From Acidaminococcaceae bacterium (lineage in GTDB: Bacteria > Bacillota > Negativicutes > Acidaminococcales > Acidaminococcaceae), in assembly GCA_003512125.1 (NCBI GenBank), contig DOSQ01000153.1, positions 1 to 33,457 on the forward strand: a stretch of DNA of 33,457 nucleotides, written 5' to 3'. This document shows, piece after piece, positions 8,434 to 20,140 of the stretch (positions are counted from its first letter, which is position 1; each line of letters starts with the position of its first letter). The position numbers and the translations under genes are program-made. Under the pieces are notes generated by a model. It made no database searches. It worked only from the letters and a program-made list of their open reading frames with translations, and had not been told where the DNA came from.

Positions 8434-9957
8434 TTGTTAAAAGATATAATCAAGGAAAAAATCAGTGAAGTAGTCAAGGCGATTCTGCCGGTGGTAGCAA
8501 TCGTTCTCATACTTTCTGTTACCATCGTTCCTATGCCGACCCATGTGGTGATGGTTTTCTTATACAGCTGCATCCTGCTGATGGTAGGGATGGTATTCTT
8601 TACCATCGGTTCGGAACAGGCCATGGAACCTATGGGCAATCATGTGGGAACCCGTATTACAAAAACCCGAAAACTTTGGCTGATATTGCCGTTGGGCTTT
8701 TTATTGGGCTTTATGATCACGATTTCGGAACCGGATCTGCAGGTATTAGCAAACCAGGTCCAGTCTATTCCTAACAGGGTATTGATTTTATCGGTATCAG
8801 GCGGCGTGGCTTTATTTCTTCTGGCGGCACTGATCCGTATGGTGGTAGGCATTTCACTGCAACGGATGCTGCTGTTATTTTATGTTATCGCTTTTGTACT
8901 GGCATGCTATGCGCCGCCGGATTTTCTGGCGGTGGCGTTCGATTCCGGCGGTGTGACCACAGGTCCCATGACGGTGCCGTTTATCATGGCTTTTGGCGTA
9001 GGCGTTTCGGGGTTACGGGGCAGCCGCCATTCTTCCCAGGACAGCTTTGGCATGATAGCTCTCTGCTCCATCGGGCCTATTATCGCCGTCCTGCTTCTGA
9101 GCCTGATTTTTAAACCGGAAAACGCGACGTTTGAACCGGTTGTGATTCCGAGAGTGCTGCATACCATGCAGCTGGGTGAAATGTTTTTGGCTGAACTGCC
9201 GGATCAGATGCATGAAATTGCCCAGGCGGTTTTGCCCATAGCCATATTTTTCGGTATTTTTCAGCTGGCTTTACTTCATCTTCAAGGAAAGCCGCTGCTC
9301 CGCATTCTTCACGGTATTATATGTACTTATATCGGTCTGGTACTGTTCCTGACAGGCGCTAATGTGGGCTTTATCCCGGCCGGGTTCGACCTGGGAAGTA
9401 TTCTGGCCACGTTGCCCTATAACTGGATCATTATACCTATCGGCATGCTGATCGGTTACTTTATCATCAAGGCGGAACCGGCAGTGTATGTGCTGATGAA
9501 GCAGGTAGAAGATATTACCGCCGGCGCTGTCAGCGGAAAATTACTGTTGCGCAGCCTGTCCATCGGCGTGGCGATTTCGGTAGGCCTGGCCATGGTACGT
9601 GTGCTGACAGGAATCCATCTGTTTTATATGCTGATACCGGGGTATCTCATCGCGTTGATACTTACATTTATTGTGCCCCCTGTGTTTACTGCTATCGCCT
9701 TCGACTCAGGCGGCGTGGCGTCCGGTCCCATGACGGCAACGTTTTTGCTGCCTTTTGCCATAGGAGCCTGCATGACGCAGGGCGGCAATGTGGTAACAGA
9801 TGCGTTTGGTGTGGTAACCATGGTAGCCATGACACCGTTGGTCACGATCCAGCTGCTGGGAGTTATGTATATGGTAAAAGCGCGCAGTACTCCCAAAACC
9901 AGTGTCAGCCAGAGTACGCTGGAGGATTTCGGGGACTACGATATTATCGAGTTGTAG
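8434..9957 (+). CDS. DUF1538-family polytopic membrane protein with two fused repeats
   Basis: Many hydrophobic segments; duplicated motifs SEPDLQVL / AEPAVYVL and AFDSGGVTTGPMTVPF / AFDSGGVASGPMTATF; TTG start after AGAGGA. Confidence 0.88.
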   Translation: MLKDIIKEKISEVVKAILPVVAIVLILSVTIVPMPTHVVMVFLYSCILLMVGMVFFTIGSEQAMEPMGNHVGTRITKTRKLWLILPLGFLLGFMITISEPDLQVLANQVQSIPNRVLILSVSGGVALFLLAALIRMVVGISLQRMLLLFYVIAFVLACYAPPDFLAVAFDSGGVTTGPMTVPFIMAFGVGVSGLRGSRHSSQDSFGMIALCSIGPIIAVLLLSLIFKPENATFEPVVIPRVLHTMQLGEMFLAELPDQMHEIAQAVLPIAIFFGIFQLALLHLQGKPLLRILHGIICTYIGLVLFLTGANVGFIPAGFDLGSILATLPYNWIIIPIGMLIGYFIIKAEPAVYVLMKQVEDITAGAVSGKLLLRSLSIGVAISVGLAMVRVLTGIHLFYMLIPGYLIALILTFIVPPVFTAIAFDSGGVASGPMTATFLLPFAIGACMTQGGNVVTDAFGVVTMVAMTPLVTIQLLGVMYMVKARSTPKTSVSQSTLEDFGDYDIIEL

Positions 9958-9970
9958 GAGGTAGCAGGCT

Positions 9971-10651
9971 GTGGAAGTCTATTTGATGATAACCATCACA
10001 AGCAGGGAGAAGCTGCCTGGTTTTCTTGCGTTTTATGATAAGAAGCTGCCGGTGGGGTTTGTTTTATTAGGGTACGGAACTGCCAAAGACGAAATATTGG
10101 ATATGCTGGGGCTGGACCGGTCTGAAAAAGCAGTCTGCCTGAATGTGGTGACTGATGAAGTATGGAAAGAAACCAAAGGGTATTTGCGGAAAAAGCTTTA
10201 TATTGACGTACCGGATACGGGCATAGCTTTCATTGTTCCCATGAGCAGCATCGGCGGAAAGCGGGAGCTTGCTTATCTGACGGCAGAACAGAATTTCCGG
10301 AAGGGAGAAGAATCCGTAATGAAAGATACAACAATGGAGTTATTGATCATTGTCAGCAACCAGGGACACAACGACATGGTCATGGACGCGGCCCGCGCGG
10401 CCGGCGCCTATGGCGGAACGGTGTTGCATGCCCGGGGTACCGGTGTGAACCGGGCCGAACTTTTCTTCGGTGTGCCGCTGGCTTCGGAAAAGGACGTGAC
10501 TTTAATCGTCACCCAAAAGAAACAGAAGAACGCAATCATGCAGGCCGTGATGCAAAAGGCCGGTATGGATACGCCGGCCCAGGCAATCCTGTTCTCGCTG
10601 CCGGTAACGGACGCGGCAGGACTCCACGCAGTAGAGGAAGATAACGGATAA
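9971..10651 (+). CDS. Tandem (two-domain) PII-like / GlnB-fold protein
   Basis: Two ~110-aa units: GYGTA...EK...GIAFIVP and GAYGGTVLHARGTG...EK...AILFSLPV; AGGAGG RBS with GTG start. Confidence 0.85.
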   Translation: MEVYLMITITSREKLPGFLAFYDKKLPVGFVLLGYGTAKDEILDMLGLDRSEKAVCLNVVTDEVWKETKGYLRKKLYIDVPDTGIAFIVPMSSIGGKRELAYLTAEQNFRKGEESVMKDTTMELLIIVSNQGHNDMVMDAARAAGAYGGTVLHARGTGVNRAELFFGVPLASEKDVTLIVTQKKQKNAIMQAVMQKAGMDTPAQAILFSLPVTDAAGLHAVEEDNG

Positions 10652-10752
10652 GGCGGGGGACAAACCCGTTAAATCAGCGCCTCAGCAAAGAACCCGTTTG
10701 CGAATCGTTTTTTTGTCCGGAGCGTTTTTAATAATAGTATTCTGTGCAATAT

Positions 10753-10790
10753 AAAAATCCCGTTATGCAGAAGCGTCTGCATAACGGGAT
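10753..10790 (-). terminator. Intrinsic terminator of the aldo/keto reductase gene (possibly bidirectional)
   Basis: Perfect 15-bp stem ATCCCGTTATGCAGA / TCTGCATAACGGGAT with 4-nt loop; A-tract on the left is a U-tract on the minus strand; lies between convergent genes. Confidence 0.88.
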
Positions 10791-10814
10791 AAGTATTTGT
10801 AATGAAAAACTGTT

Positions 10815-11846
10815 TTAATCGTTGTGATGCTCTGCGTAAAACTCGTTATAATCCTTTAACATGTACTGCAGCAGGGACGGAGTATCTAATCCGTAAGGGC
10901 AGCGGCTCTTGCAAAGGTCACAGTGTACGCACTCTTCGATTTTCTGCATTTTGGCATACCATTCATCGCTCATGAACCGTTTATAGGGTGAACGGCGCAG
11001 CAGCATGGCCATTCTGGCTGCCTGGGGAATGTCGATGCCTGCAGTGCAGGGGAGGCAGTAACCACAGCTCCGGCAGAAATTACCGGATAATTCTTTACGG
11101 TCTGCATCAATGACTTCCTTCAGTTCATCCGTCATCTGCTGATTGATTTCCGTAAGTTTAAGCCACTGGTCCATTTCCCAGTCATGCTGGATGCCCCAGA
11201 TGGGAACCACATTGTCATATTCCTGCATGAAAGCATAGCAGGCCGCTGCGTTGGTCAGCATACCGCCGGATAAGCCTTTCATGGCAATAAAGCCCATGTC
11301 GTGCGTTTTGCAGTCTTTTACTAGTTCGATATCTTTATCCGTTGCCAGATAGCAAAACGGGAATTGCAGCGTTTCATATAATCCGGAATCAATAGCCTGA
11401 TGCGCTACCTTCAGCCGGTGATTCGTGATGCCTATATGACGGATGTATCCCTTCTTTTTGGCGTCCAGCGCCGCAGCATACGCTCCCTTTTCATCTTCCG
11501 GGGAAGGCATAACAGCGGGGTTATGGAACTGGAAAAGATCGATGTAGTCAGTCTGCAGCCGTTTTAAAGAAAGCTCGATATGCTCGGTTACCGTTTTGTA
11601 ATCGGTGCCGCCGCTTTTAGTGGAAATAACAATGTTTTGACGTACATCGTGCAGCGCCGCGCCGATTTTTTCTTCGCTGTCCGTGTACATATTGGCGGTA
11701 TCAAAATAATTGATGCCGTTGTCATACGCTTTGCGCAGCAGTTTTTTTGCCGCTTCCAATGAGATGCGCTGGATGGGCAGACAGCCCATTGCGGTTTTCG
11801 TGACCCATAAACCGGTTTTCCCCAGTCTGATTTTTTTAATGTCCAT
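10815..11846 (-). CDS. Aldo/keto reductase with C-terminal 4Fe-4S dicluster domain
   Basis: LGKTG, GINYFDTA-x-x-Y and SLKRLQTDYIDL motifs; C-x-x-C-x-x-C-x-PC and C-x-x-C-x-x-C-x3-CP clusters; GGGAGGGG RBS on the minus strand. Confidence 0.93.
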   Translation of the reverse strand: MDIKKIRLGKTGLWVTKTAMGCLPIQRISLEAAKKLLRKAYDNGINYFDTANMYTDSEEKIGAALHDVRQNIVISTKSGGTDYKTVTEHIELSLKRLQTDYIDLFQFHNPAVMPSPEDEKGAYAAALDAKKKGYIRHIGITNHRLKVAHQAIDSGLYETLQFPFCYLATDKDIELVKDCKTHDMGFIAMKGLSGGMLTNAAACYAFMQEYDNVVPIWGIQHDWEMDQWLKLTEINQQMTDELKEVIDADRKELSGNFCRSCGYCLPCTAGIDIPQAARMAMLLRRSPYKRFMSDEWYAKMQKIEECVHCDLCKSRCPYGLDTPSLLQYMLKDYNEFYAEHHND

Positions 11847-12035
11847 GATTCCCCTCCCGGTACTTGTTTTCTTTTAACAGTATTGTTGTAATGATTGTCA
11901 GCGGTTTTAGGATTCTGATTAAATTATATACGAAAATTTCTGATTTGAATATAACTGAATAAAGAAAAATTGTTTCAGCAGGCTTAAAGCAGTGAAAGCA
12001 ATAATGAAGAAATCCAGTATATATTAAGAAAATGA

Positions 12036-12064
12036 TTGTCATGAAGAGGAAAATATAGTATAAT
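12036..12064 (+). promoter_or_regulatory. Sigma70/SigA promoter of yebC
   Basis: TTGTCA-N17-TATAAT. Confidence 0.75.
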
Positions 12065-12115
12065 ACGATAGTTAAATTTACTTATCTTATAAGCTGATAT
12101 ATTGGAGGAATTAAC

Positions 12116-12859
12116 ATGTCCGGACATTCTAAATGGGCAAATATCAAACACAAAAAAGGAAAAGCAGATGCTGCAAGAGGAAAAATAACGACAAAGATCG
12201 GTCGTGAGATTACCATTGCCGTGCAGATGGGCGGCCCTGACCCAGTTGGTAATATGCGTCTGAAACTGGCGCTGGCCAAAGCAAAAGCCAACAATATTCC
12301 GAAAGACAACATCAAACGTGCGATTGCCAAAGGCGCCGGTGAGACCAATGGCGCAAAATATGAAGAGATTACCTATGAAGGTTATGGTCCGGCCGGTGTG
12401 GCAATCATGCTGGACGTGCTGACTGATAATCGCAACCGTGCAGCTGCGGATATCCGCCATGCGTTTACCAAACACGGCGGGAACATGGGCGAGACCGGTT
12501 CGGTAGGCTGGATGTTCAAGCGTAAAGGTATCTTTACAATTGATAAAGAAGCCGGCTATGATGAGGATGAAGTCATGATGATCGCACTGGATGCCGGTGC
12601 AGAAGACATGAAATCCAATGAAGACAGCTTTGAAATCGTGACCCAGCCTGAGGACTACGACGCCGTAGAAAAAGCGCTGGCCGACAACAATATCGAAACC
12701 GTTATGTCGGAAATCACCATGGTTCCTGACACGATGGTGCAACTGTCCGATGAGGATGCGGAAAAGGTCCGTAAAACAATTGATATGTTCGACGATATGG
12801 ACGACGTACAGGAAGTCTATACCAACGCTGACTTGCCGGACGATGACGACGAGGAATAA
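12116..12859 (+). CDS. yebC: YebC/PmpR family protein
   Basis: MSGHSKWANIKHKK, YEGYGP-x-G and TDNRNR motifs; upstream of ruvCAB. Confidence 0.97.
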   Translation: MSGHSKWANIKHKKGKADAARGKITTKIGREITIAVQMGGPDPVGNMRLKLALAKAKANNIPKDNIKRAIAKGAGETNGAKYEEITYEGYGPAGVAIMLDVLTDNRNRAAADIRHAFTKHGGNMGETGSVGWMFKRKGIFTIDKEAGYDEDEVMMIALDAGAEDMKSNEDSFEIVTQPEDYDAVEKALADNNIETVMSEITMVPDTMVQLSDEDAEKVRKTIDMFDDMDDVQEVYTNADLPDDDDEE

Positions 12860-12867
12860 GAAAAAGC

Positions 12868-12897
12868 AGGCAGGCTTCAAATGAGCCTGCCTTTTTT
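12868..12897 (+). terminator. Intrinsic terminator after yebC
   Basis: Stem AGGCAGGCT / AGCCTGCCT, 7-nt loop, T-tract. Confidence 0.85.
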
Positions 12898-12984
12898 ATT
12901 ATATTGTTTCACATTTTTGTCATTAGTGCCTTGTATAATAAATTGTAATAAGATGGTTTGAGGCAGAAGGCTGGAGGAAACAGT

Positions 12985-13533
12985 ATGCTGGCGTTAGGAA
13001 TTGATCCCGGTACCGCTATCTGCGGGTATGGGGTGGTAGAAATGAAAGGCAGTACGCTTAAGCCGGTATTTTATGGCTCTATACTGACCGGCAAGGACTG
13101 GTGTCCGGAAGAGAGGCTGCTGAAGATCCACCAGGATGTTTCCGACATTATCAGTCATTTTAAGCCGGATTTTATGTCTGTGGAAAAACTGTATTTTAAC
13201 CGCAATGTCAACACCGCGATCCCGGTTGCCCAGGCCAGAGGCGTAGTATTGCTGGCGGCGGCGGAGAAAAAATTGCCGGTGCTGGAATTTACGCCGATGC
13301 AGATAAAAAAATCGGTCACAGGCACCGGCGCGGCAGAAAAGAATCAGATTATCTTTATGGTACAGCGCCTGCTGGGAATCCGTGAAAAAATTGAGCCGGA
13401 TGATACGGCGGACGCCCTGGCCGCCGCGATTTGTGGGCTGAACCAGGCAAGGGTGCTGCAGTTGCAGGCAACGGGCGGCGCACGGATCGGGGAAATCCTG
13501 GAAAAACAACGGAACCCGCTGAGCAAAAGATAG
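12985..13533 (+). CDS. ruvC: Holliday junction resolvase RuvC
   Basis: LGIDPG, E-x-x-YF, QARGV and DD-x-ADALA motifs; GGAGG RBS before ATG 12985. Confidence 0.96.
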   Translation: MLALGIDPGTAICGYGVVEMKGSTLKPVFYGSILTGKDWCPEERLLKIHQDVSDIISHFKPDFMSVEKLYFNRNVNTAIPVAQARGVVLLAAAEKKLPVLEFTPMQIKKSVTGTGAAEKNQIIFMVQRLLGIREKIEPDDTADALAAAICGLNQARVLQLQATGGARIGEILEKQRNPLSKR

Positions 13534-13662
13534 CAACGTGAAAATGATAGGTGCATCGTGCGTATATAGTTTTTTTAACGAAAGAGCGCAGATAATCGTG
13601 GGAAAGTATTTGCTATCACGTTTCCACGGATATTTGTCAAAGACAGAGTTGGAGCGTGTATT

Positions 13663-14274
13663 ATGATTGGTTCAGTACGAGGAACGGTAGCGTATCAGGC
13701 GGCAGAGTATTGCCTGATTGAAACGGCAGGCGGTGTCGGATACCGTGTGTTTATGCCGGTGTCCCAGATGCGCACCCTGTCCATGGGACAGGAGATCCGT
13801 GTTTTAACGTATACGTCTGTACGGGAGGATGCGATTCAGCTATACGGCTTTTTGACACAACAGTATTATGACCTGTTTGCGCTTCTGCTAAACGTAAGCG
13901 GTATAGGCCCTAAAGTTGCGATAGGTATTTTAGGAGCTGTCAGGCCGGAAGATTTTTATCTGGCGGTGCAGAGCAGGGATCTGAAAATGCTGACCAAGCT
14001 GCCCGGTATCGGAAAGAAAACGGCAGAACGTATGGTGCTGGAACTGAAGGATAAAATCGGTACACTGGAAAGCGAAGAGAATGACAGGGAATTTGCCGCT
14101 GCAGTCAGCGGCGAAGGCAAATTGGAAGCAATCAATGAAGCTATGGCCGCGCTGGTTGCATTAGGGTATTCCAATTCGGAAATTCTGCCGGTGCTGCGGA
14201 AGATTCCGGACTATGCTACACTGAAACGGGATGAGCTGATCCGAAGAGCCTTGCAGATTTTTGCTAAAAGATAA
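13663..14274 (+). CDS. ruvA: Holliday junction branch migration protein RuvA
   Basis: GVGY, VRED...[21 protein letters not shown] and AL-x-ALGY motifs. Confidence 0.97.
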   Translation: MIGSVRGTVAYQAAEYCLIETAGGVGYRVFMPVSQMRTLSMGQEIRVLTYTSVREDAIQLYGFLTQQYYDLFALLLNVSGIGPKVAIGILGAVRPEDFYLAVQSRDLKMLTKLPGIGKKTAERMVLELKDKIGTLESEENDREFAAAVSGEGKLEAINEAMAALVALGYSNSEILPVLRKIPDYATLKRDELIRRALQIFAKR

Positions 14275-14294
14275 GAGAAGAAGGGGAAAACAAT

Positions 14295-15338
14295 ATGGAT
14301 TTTGATGACCGGCTGGTGACATCGGAGACAATGGAGTCTGATGGGGAACAGTACAGTCTTCGCCCCCGGACGCTGGAAGAATATATCGGGCAGGATAAAG
14401 TAAAACAGAATATCTCGGTGTTCATTGAAGCGGCGTTGAAACGGAATGAAGCGCTGGATCATGTTTTGCTTTTTGGACCACCCGGTCTCGGAAAAACAAC
14501 GCTGGCCAATATTATTGCCAATGAATTGCATGTAAATATGCGTGTTACATCAGGTCCTGCCATTATGCGGCAGGGTGATCTGGCCGCGATCCTCAGCACC
14601 CTGTCGGAGGGGGAGGTGCTGTTCATTGATGAGATTCACCGCCTGCCGAAAGCCGTAGAGGAAATACTGTATTCAGCCATGGAAGATTATCAGCTGGATA
14701 TTGTCATCGGCAAAGGACCGGGCGCCCAGAATGTACGGCTGCCCCTTCCCAAATTTACACTGATTGGAGCCACCACAAGGCTGGGCTCTCTGGCGGCGCC
14801 GCTGCGTGACCGTTTTGGCGTACAGTGCCGTCTGGAATTTTATCAGCCGGAGCAGCTGCGCATTATTGTAAATAAATCAGCGGAGAAACTGGATGTTGCG
14901 ATGACGCCGGAGGGCGCGCTGGAAATTGCCCGCCGTTCCCGGGGCACGCCCCGTGTGGCGAACCGCCTTCTGAAACGGGTACGGGATTTTGCCCAGGTAC
15001 TTGGCCAGGCTGTCATTGATCAGAAGCTGGCCGATGAGGCTCTTTCCCGTCTGGAAGTTGACCGTTACGGGCTGGACCAGAATGACCGGCGTATCCTGCA
15101 GACAATTGTAAAGACGTTTGGCGGCGGACCTGTCGGTGTCGATACCATCGCCGCGGCTGTCAGTGAAGAGGCAGGCACAATCGAAGATGTGGTAGAACCG
15201 TACCTGATGCAGCTGGGGCTGTTGCAGCGCACGCCCCGTGGGCGCGTGGCGACACGGGAAACGTACCGGTATCTTGGCGTCCCTTATCCGGATGATTCTG
15301 CAGGCAAATCGAAGATTGAACAGCCTTCACTATTGTAA
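14295..15338 (+). CDS. ruvB: Holliday junction branch migration helicase RuvB
   Basis: [25 protein letters not shown] and RTPRGR motifs. Confidence 0.98.
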   Translation: MDFDDRLVTSETMESDGEQYSLRPRTLEEYIGQDKVKQNISVFIEAALKRNEALDHVLLFGPPGLGKTTLANIIANELHVNMRVTSGPAIMRQGDLAAILSTLSEGEVLFIDEIHRLPKAVEEILYSAMEDYQLDIVIGKGPGAQNVRLPLPKFTLIGATTRLGSLAAPLRDRFGVQCRLEFYQPEQLRIIVNKSAEKLDVAMTPEGALEIARRSRGTPRVANRLLKRVRDFAQVLGQAVIDQKLADEALSRLEVDRYGLDQNDRRILQTIVKTFGGGPVGVDTIAAAVSEEAGTIEDVVEPYLMQLGLLQRTPRGRVATRETYRYLGVPYPDDSAGKSKIEQPSLL

Positions 15339-15362
15339 AGGATAATTGTAAAGGATAAAGCG

Positions 15363-16034
15363 ATGAAATTATTGTTGCATGCCTGCTGCGGTCCCTGTGC
15401 CTGTTATCCGACAAAGACGCTCATGGAGCAGGGCACGGATTTTACCCTGTTGTATTACAATCCGAATATTCATCCCTATAAGGAGTTTAAGCGCCGCCTG
15501 TCTGCGTTACGGGAACTGGCGGAAAAACAGGAATACCGGCTGATCATTGATAAGACCTATCCGCTGGAAGAATGCGTGAAAGGAATGCTGGAGGAACCGG
15601 TCGTACGTTGTGCGTTCTGTTACCGGATGCGTCTTCGTTACACGGCAAAATATGCGGCGGATCATGGGTTTACCGCATTTTCCACGACCTTGTTGTACAG
15701 TCCGTACCAGAAGCATGAGCTGATTGTACAGGCTGCGAAAGCAGCGGCGGAAGAATTTGGTGTGGAGTTTTATTATCAGGATTGGCGTCCCCATTATCAG
15801 GAAGGTGTGGATATCAGCCTGGCCTTGGGATTGTACCGTCAGCCGTATTGCGGCTGTGTGTTCAGCGAACGGGACCGCTACATGGAATGGAAAAAGCCAA
15901 AAACCGGAGCAGGGAACGAGAATAATCCTGAGGGAACGGATGCCGACGAAATTCAAACGGAGAGTAAGCCATTTATCCGTATAACGAAAAACATTATCCA
16001 GCTTCAGAAGCAGGAAACGATTTTATATAAATAG
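15363..16034 (+). CDS. queH: Epoxyqueuosine reductase QueH (DUF208)
   Basis: LLLHACCGPC, YNPNIHP, RC-x-x-CY and YRQ-x-YCGC motifs. Confidence 0.93.
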   Translation: MKLLLHACCGPCACYPTKTLMEQGTDFTLLYYNPNIHPYKEFKRRLSALRELAEKQEYRLIIDKTYPLEECVKGMLEEPVVRCAFCYRMRLRYTAKYAADHGFTAFSTTLLYSPYQKHELIVQAAKAAAEEFGVEFYYQDWRPHYQEGVDISLALGLYRQPYCGCVFSERDRYMEWKKPKTGAGNENNPEGTDADEIQTESKPFIRITKNIIQLQKQETILYK

Positions 16035-16076
16035 GTTTCGTCATATCTGTTTTTATTTTTTGTTTCGGGTTATGAT

Positions 16077-17420
16077 ATGAAAAATAATATTAAGACTTTT
16101 TTTTATGTATTCATCATCTTACTGACCTGCCTTTTTACCGGTCCGGTCCGTGCATCTTCGGACCTTGATGTGGGCCTGGTTGTTTCCCAGTTTTCTGCTG
16201 AATTGATTGCGCCGGCTTCTTTTGTGGCTACAGAACCGGATGGGAAGAAAACAAAATTAGAAAAGGGCAAGTTTTTTATTGCGGCAAATCAGGGAAAAAT
16301 TACACTGGGCAGCCACCAACTGGCCAGCGGAACTGTGTTGGAAATTGCGGAGCCGGAAAATACTGACAGTACTCCCACGGTTCGTCCCCGCCATCTTTTT
16401 TCCGTAAACCGGCAGGAGTATCGGGGAATTTTGAAAGTTTATGTGACAAATGAAGGAAAAAGCCTTACGGTAGTCAACAGGGTGCCTATGGAATATTATG
16501 TAAATTCCGTGTTGGGACCCAAGTCTTCCCCTATCTGGCCGGACGAAGCAATTAAAGCACAGGCTGTTGCTGTCCGCAGTCTGGGATGGTACTATAAAAA
16601 CAATCCGGTAAGCGGTCTGTTTGCTGTACGGGCGGTGGAACCGGAAGCGTTTTATGGCGGCATCCGTAATGAGAATAAAAATATAACGAAGGTTGCGGCG
16701 CTGACTGCCGGAAAGGTTTTGTATTATAACGGGCAGCCTGCCGCGGCTTATACATGCGAAAGCAGCGGAGGCATGACTGTCAGCGCAACAGAAGTGCTGC
16801 AGAAGGATATTCCGTATTTGCAGCCTGTACAGGATTATGATTCGGACTGTCCCAGTTTTACCTGGGAAAAAAAGATACAGGCCGTGACGATCAGCCGGCT
16901 TTTAGAACAGGGCGGGCATAAAATTGGAAGACTGCGGGGATACCGCATATCTGACAGTGAAAAGCCAGACCTGAAGGACCGGTATCCCAGCGGCAGGATA
17001 AAGACGATATACTGGCAGGGCGAACTGGGAAGTGTAACCGTGAGCGGCCAGGAGTTTGCGGATATGCTGGCCTTAAGCAGCAACTGGTTTGACGTTTATG
17101 TAACGGATCCGGTACCTCAAAAACTCGATGTGCCCATTGAAAACGGCTATGGTATAGAAATTGGGAAAAAGCAGATTCCCATTGAAATCAAAGGACGCGA
17201 GAAAAATGCCTGGCAGTCTGTTATTCCCGGGTATCACTTCTTGGAAGGCACAGCAGAGGAAACCATTTTGTTTAAAGGAAAAGGAATCGGCCGGGGGCTT
17301 GGCTTGTCCAAATGGGGTGCCAAAGGCATGGCTGATGCGGCGCCGGAAAAAACAAAAGAGTATTACAAAACGATTTTGCAGCATTATTATCCGGGAACCT
17401 GTCTGGTTTCCGTGTACTGA
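16077..17420 (+). CDS. SpoIID/LytB domain protein with degenerate active-site motifs
   Basis: Signal peptide; YRG-x-L, WP-x-EA-x-KAQAVA-x-R, SSGG-x-T and IL-x-HYYPG motifs; usual position upstream of queA. Confidence 0.88.
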   Translation: MKNNIKTFFYVFIILLTCLFTGPVRASSDLDVGLVVSQFSAELIAPASFVATEPDGKKTKLEKGKFFIAANQGKITLGSHQLASGTVLEIAEPENTDSTPTVRPRHLFSVNRQEYRGILKVYVTNEGKSLTVVNRVPMEYYVNSVLGPKSSPIWPDEAIKAQAVAVRSLGWYYKNNPVSGLFAVRAVEPEAFYGGIRNENKNITKVAALTAGKVLYYNGQPAAAYTCESSGGMTVSATEVLQKDIPYLQPVQDYDSDCPSFTWEKKIQAVTISRLLEQGGHKIGRLRGYRISDSEKPDLKDRYPSGRIKTIYWQGELGSVTVSGQEFADMLALSSNWFDVYVTDPVPQKLDVPIENGYGIEIGKKQIPIEIKGREKNAWQSVIPGYHFLEGTAEETILFKGKGIGRGLGLSKWGAKGMADAAPEKTKEYYKTILQHYYPGTCLVSVY

Positions 17421-17496
17421 AGGAACTGTATTTGAAACATTGCCCGTATACATTTAACGGACAGCCATCCATATAAAAAGAAAAGAGAACTGCTTT

Positions 17497-19703
<2,207 letters not shown>

Positions 19704-19735
19704 CAGAGTTTCGGCAATATCCGGTATTGAAAAGG

Positions 19736-19764
19736 TTGAAACTAACGGTTGCATGTGGTAAAAT
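19736..19764 (+). promoter_or_regulatory. Sigma70/SigA promoter of yajC-secDF
   Basis: TTGAAA-N17-TAAAAT with TG extension. Confidence 0.65.
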
Positions 19765-19834
19765 ATTATGTAATTTTGTGTGGTTTGTATGCTTAAATGC
19801 AAAAACTGCATAACTGACAACCGGGAGGTGTAAG

Positions 19835-20140
19835 ATGACTGATGTGATGGTAATGGCTAATGCCATACTGCCGTTTATATTGATGGCGGCCATTTTTTAT
19901 TTTATGTTATGGCGTCCCCAGAAGCAGGAGCAAAAGAAACGGAAAGAGATGCTGGATTCACTGAAACGCGGGGATAAGATCATAACCATTGGTGGTATGT
20001 ACGGTACGCTGACCAAGGTAGGGCCGACGAAAGTGAAAGTCAGACTGGCGGAAGGCGTGGAAATTGATTTTGCCAGAACGGCTATCAGCGCTTTCCAGGA
20101 CGCCGGTGCGGATGTTCAGCCCGAAAATCTGGATGCCTGA
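19835..20140 (+). CDS. yajC: Preprotein translocase subunit YajC
   Basis: FYFML-x-RPQK and GD-x-I-x-TIGG-x-x-G motifs; between tgt and secD. Confidence 0.96.
   Translation: MTDVMVMANAILPFILMAAIFYFMLWRPQKQEQKKRKEMLDSLKRGDKIITIGGMYGTLTKVGPTKVKVRLAEGVEIDFARTAISAFQDAGADVQPENLDA

Noticed and set aside
10652..10720. GGACAAACC...GCAAAG segment loosely resembling a c-di-GMP-I riboswitch
   Set aside because: Lacks the GNRA-capped stem and receptor, and lies between convergent 3' ends.
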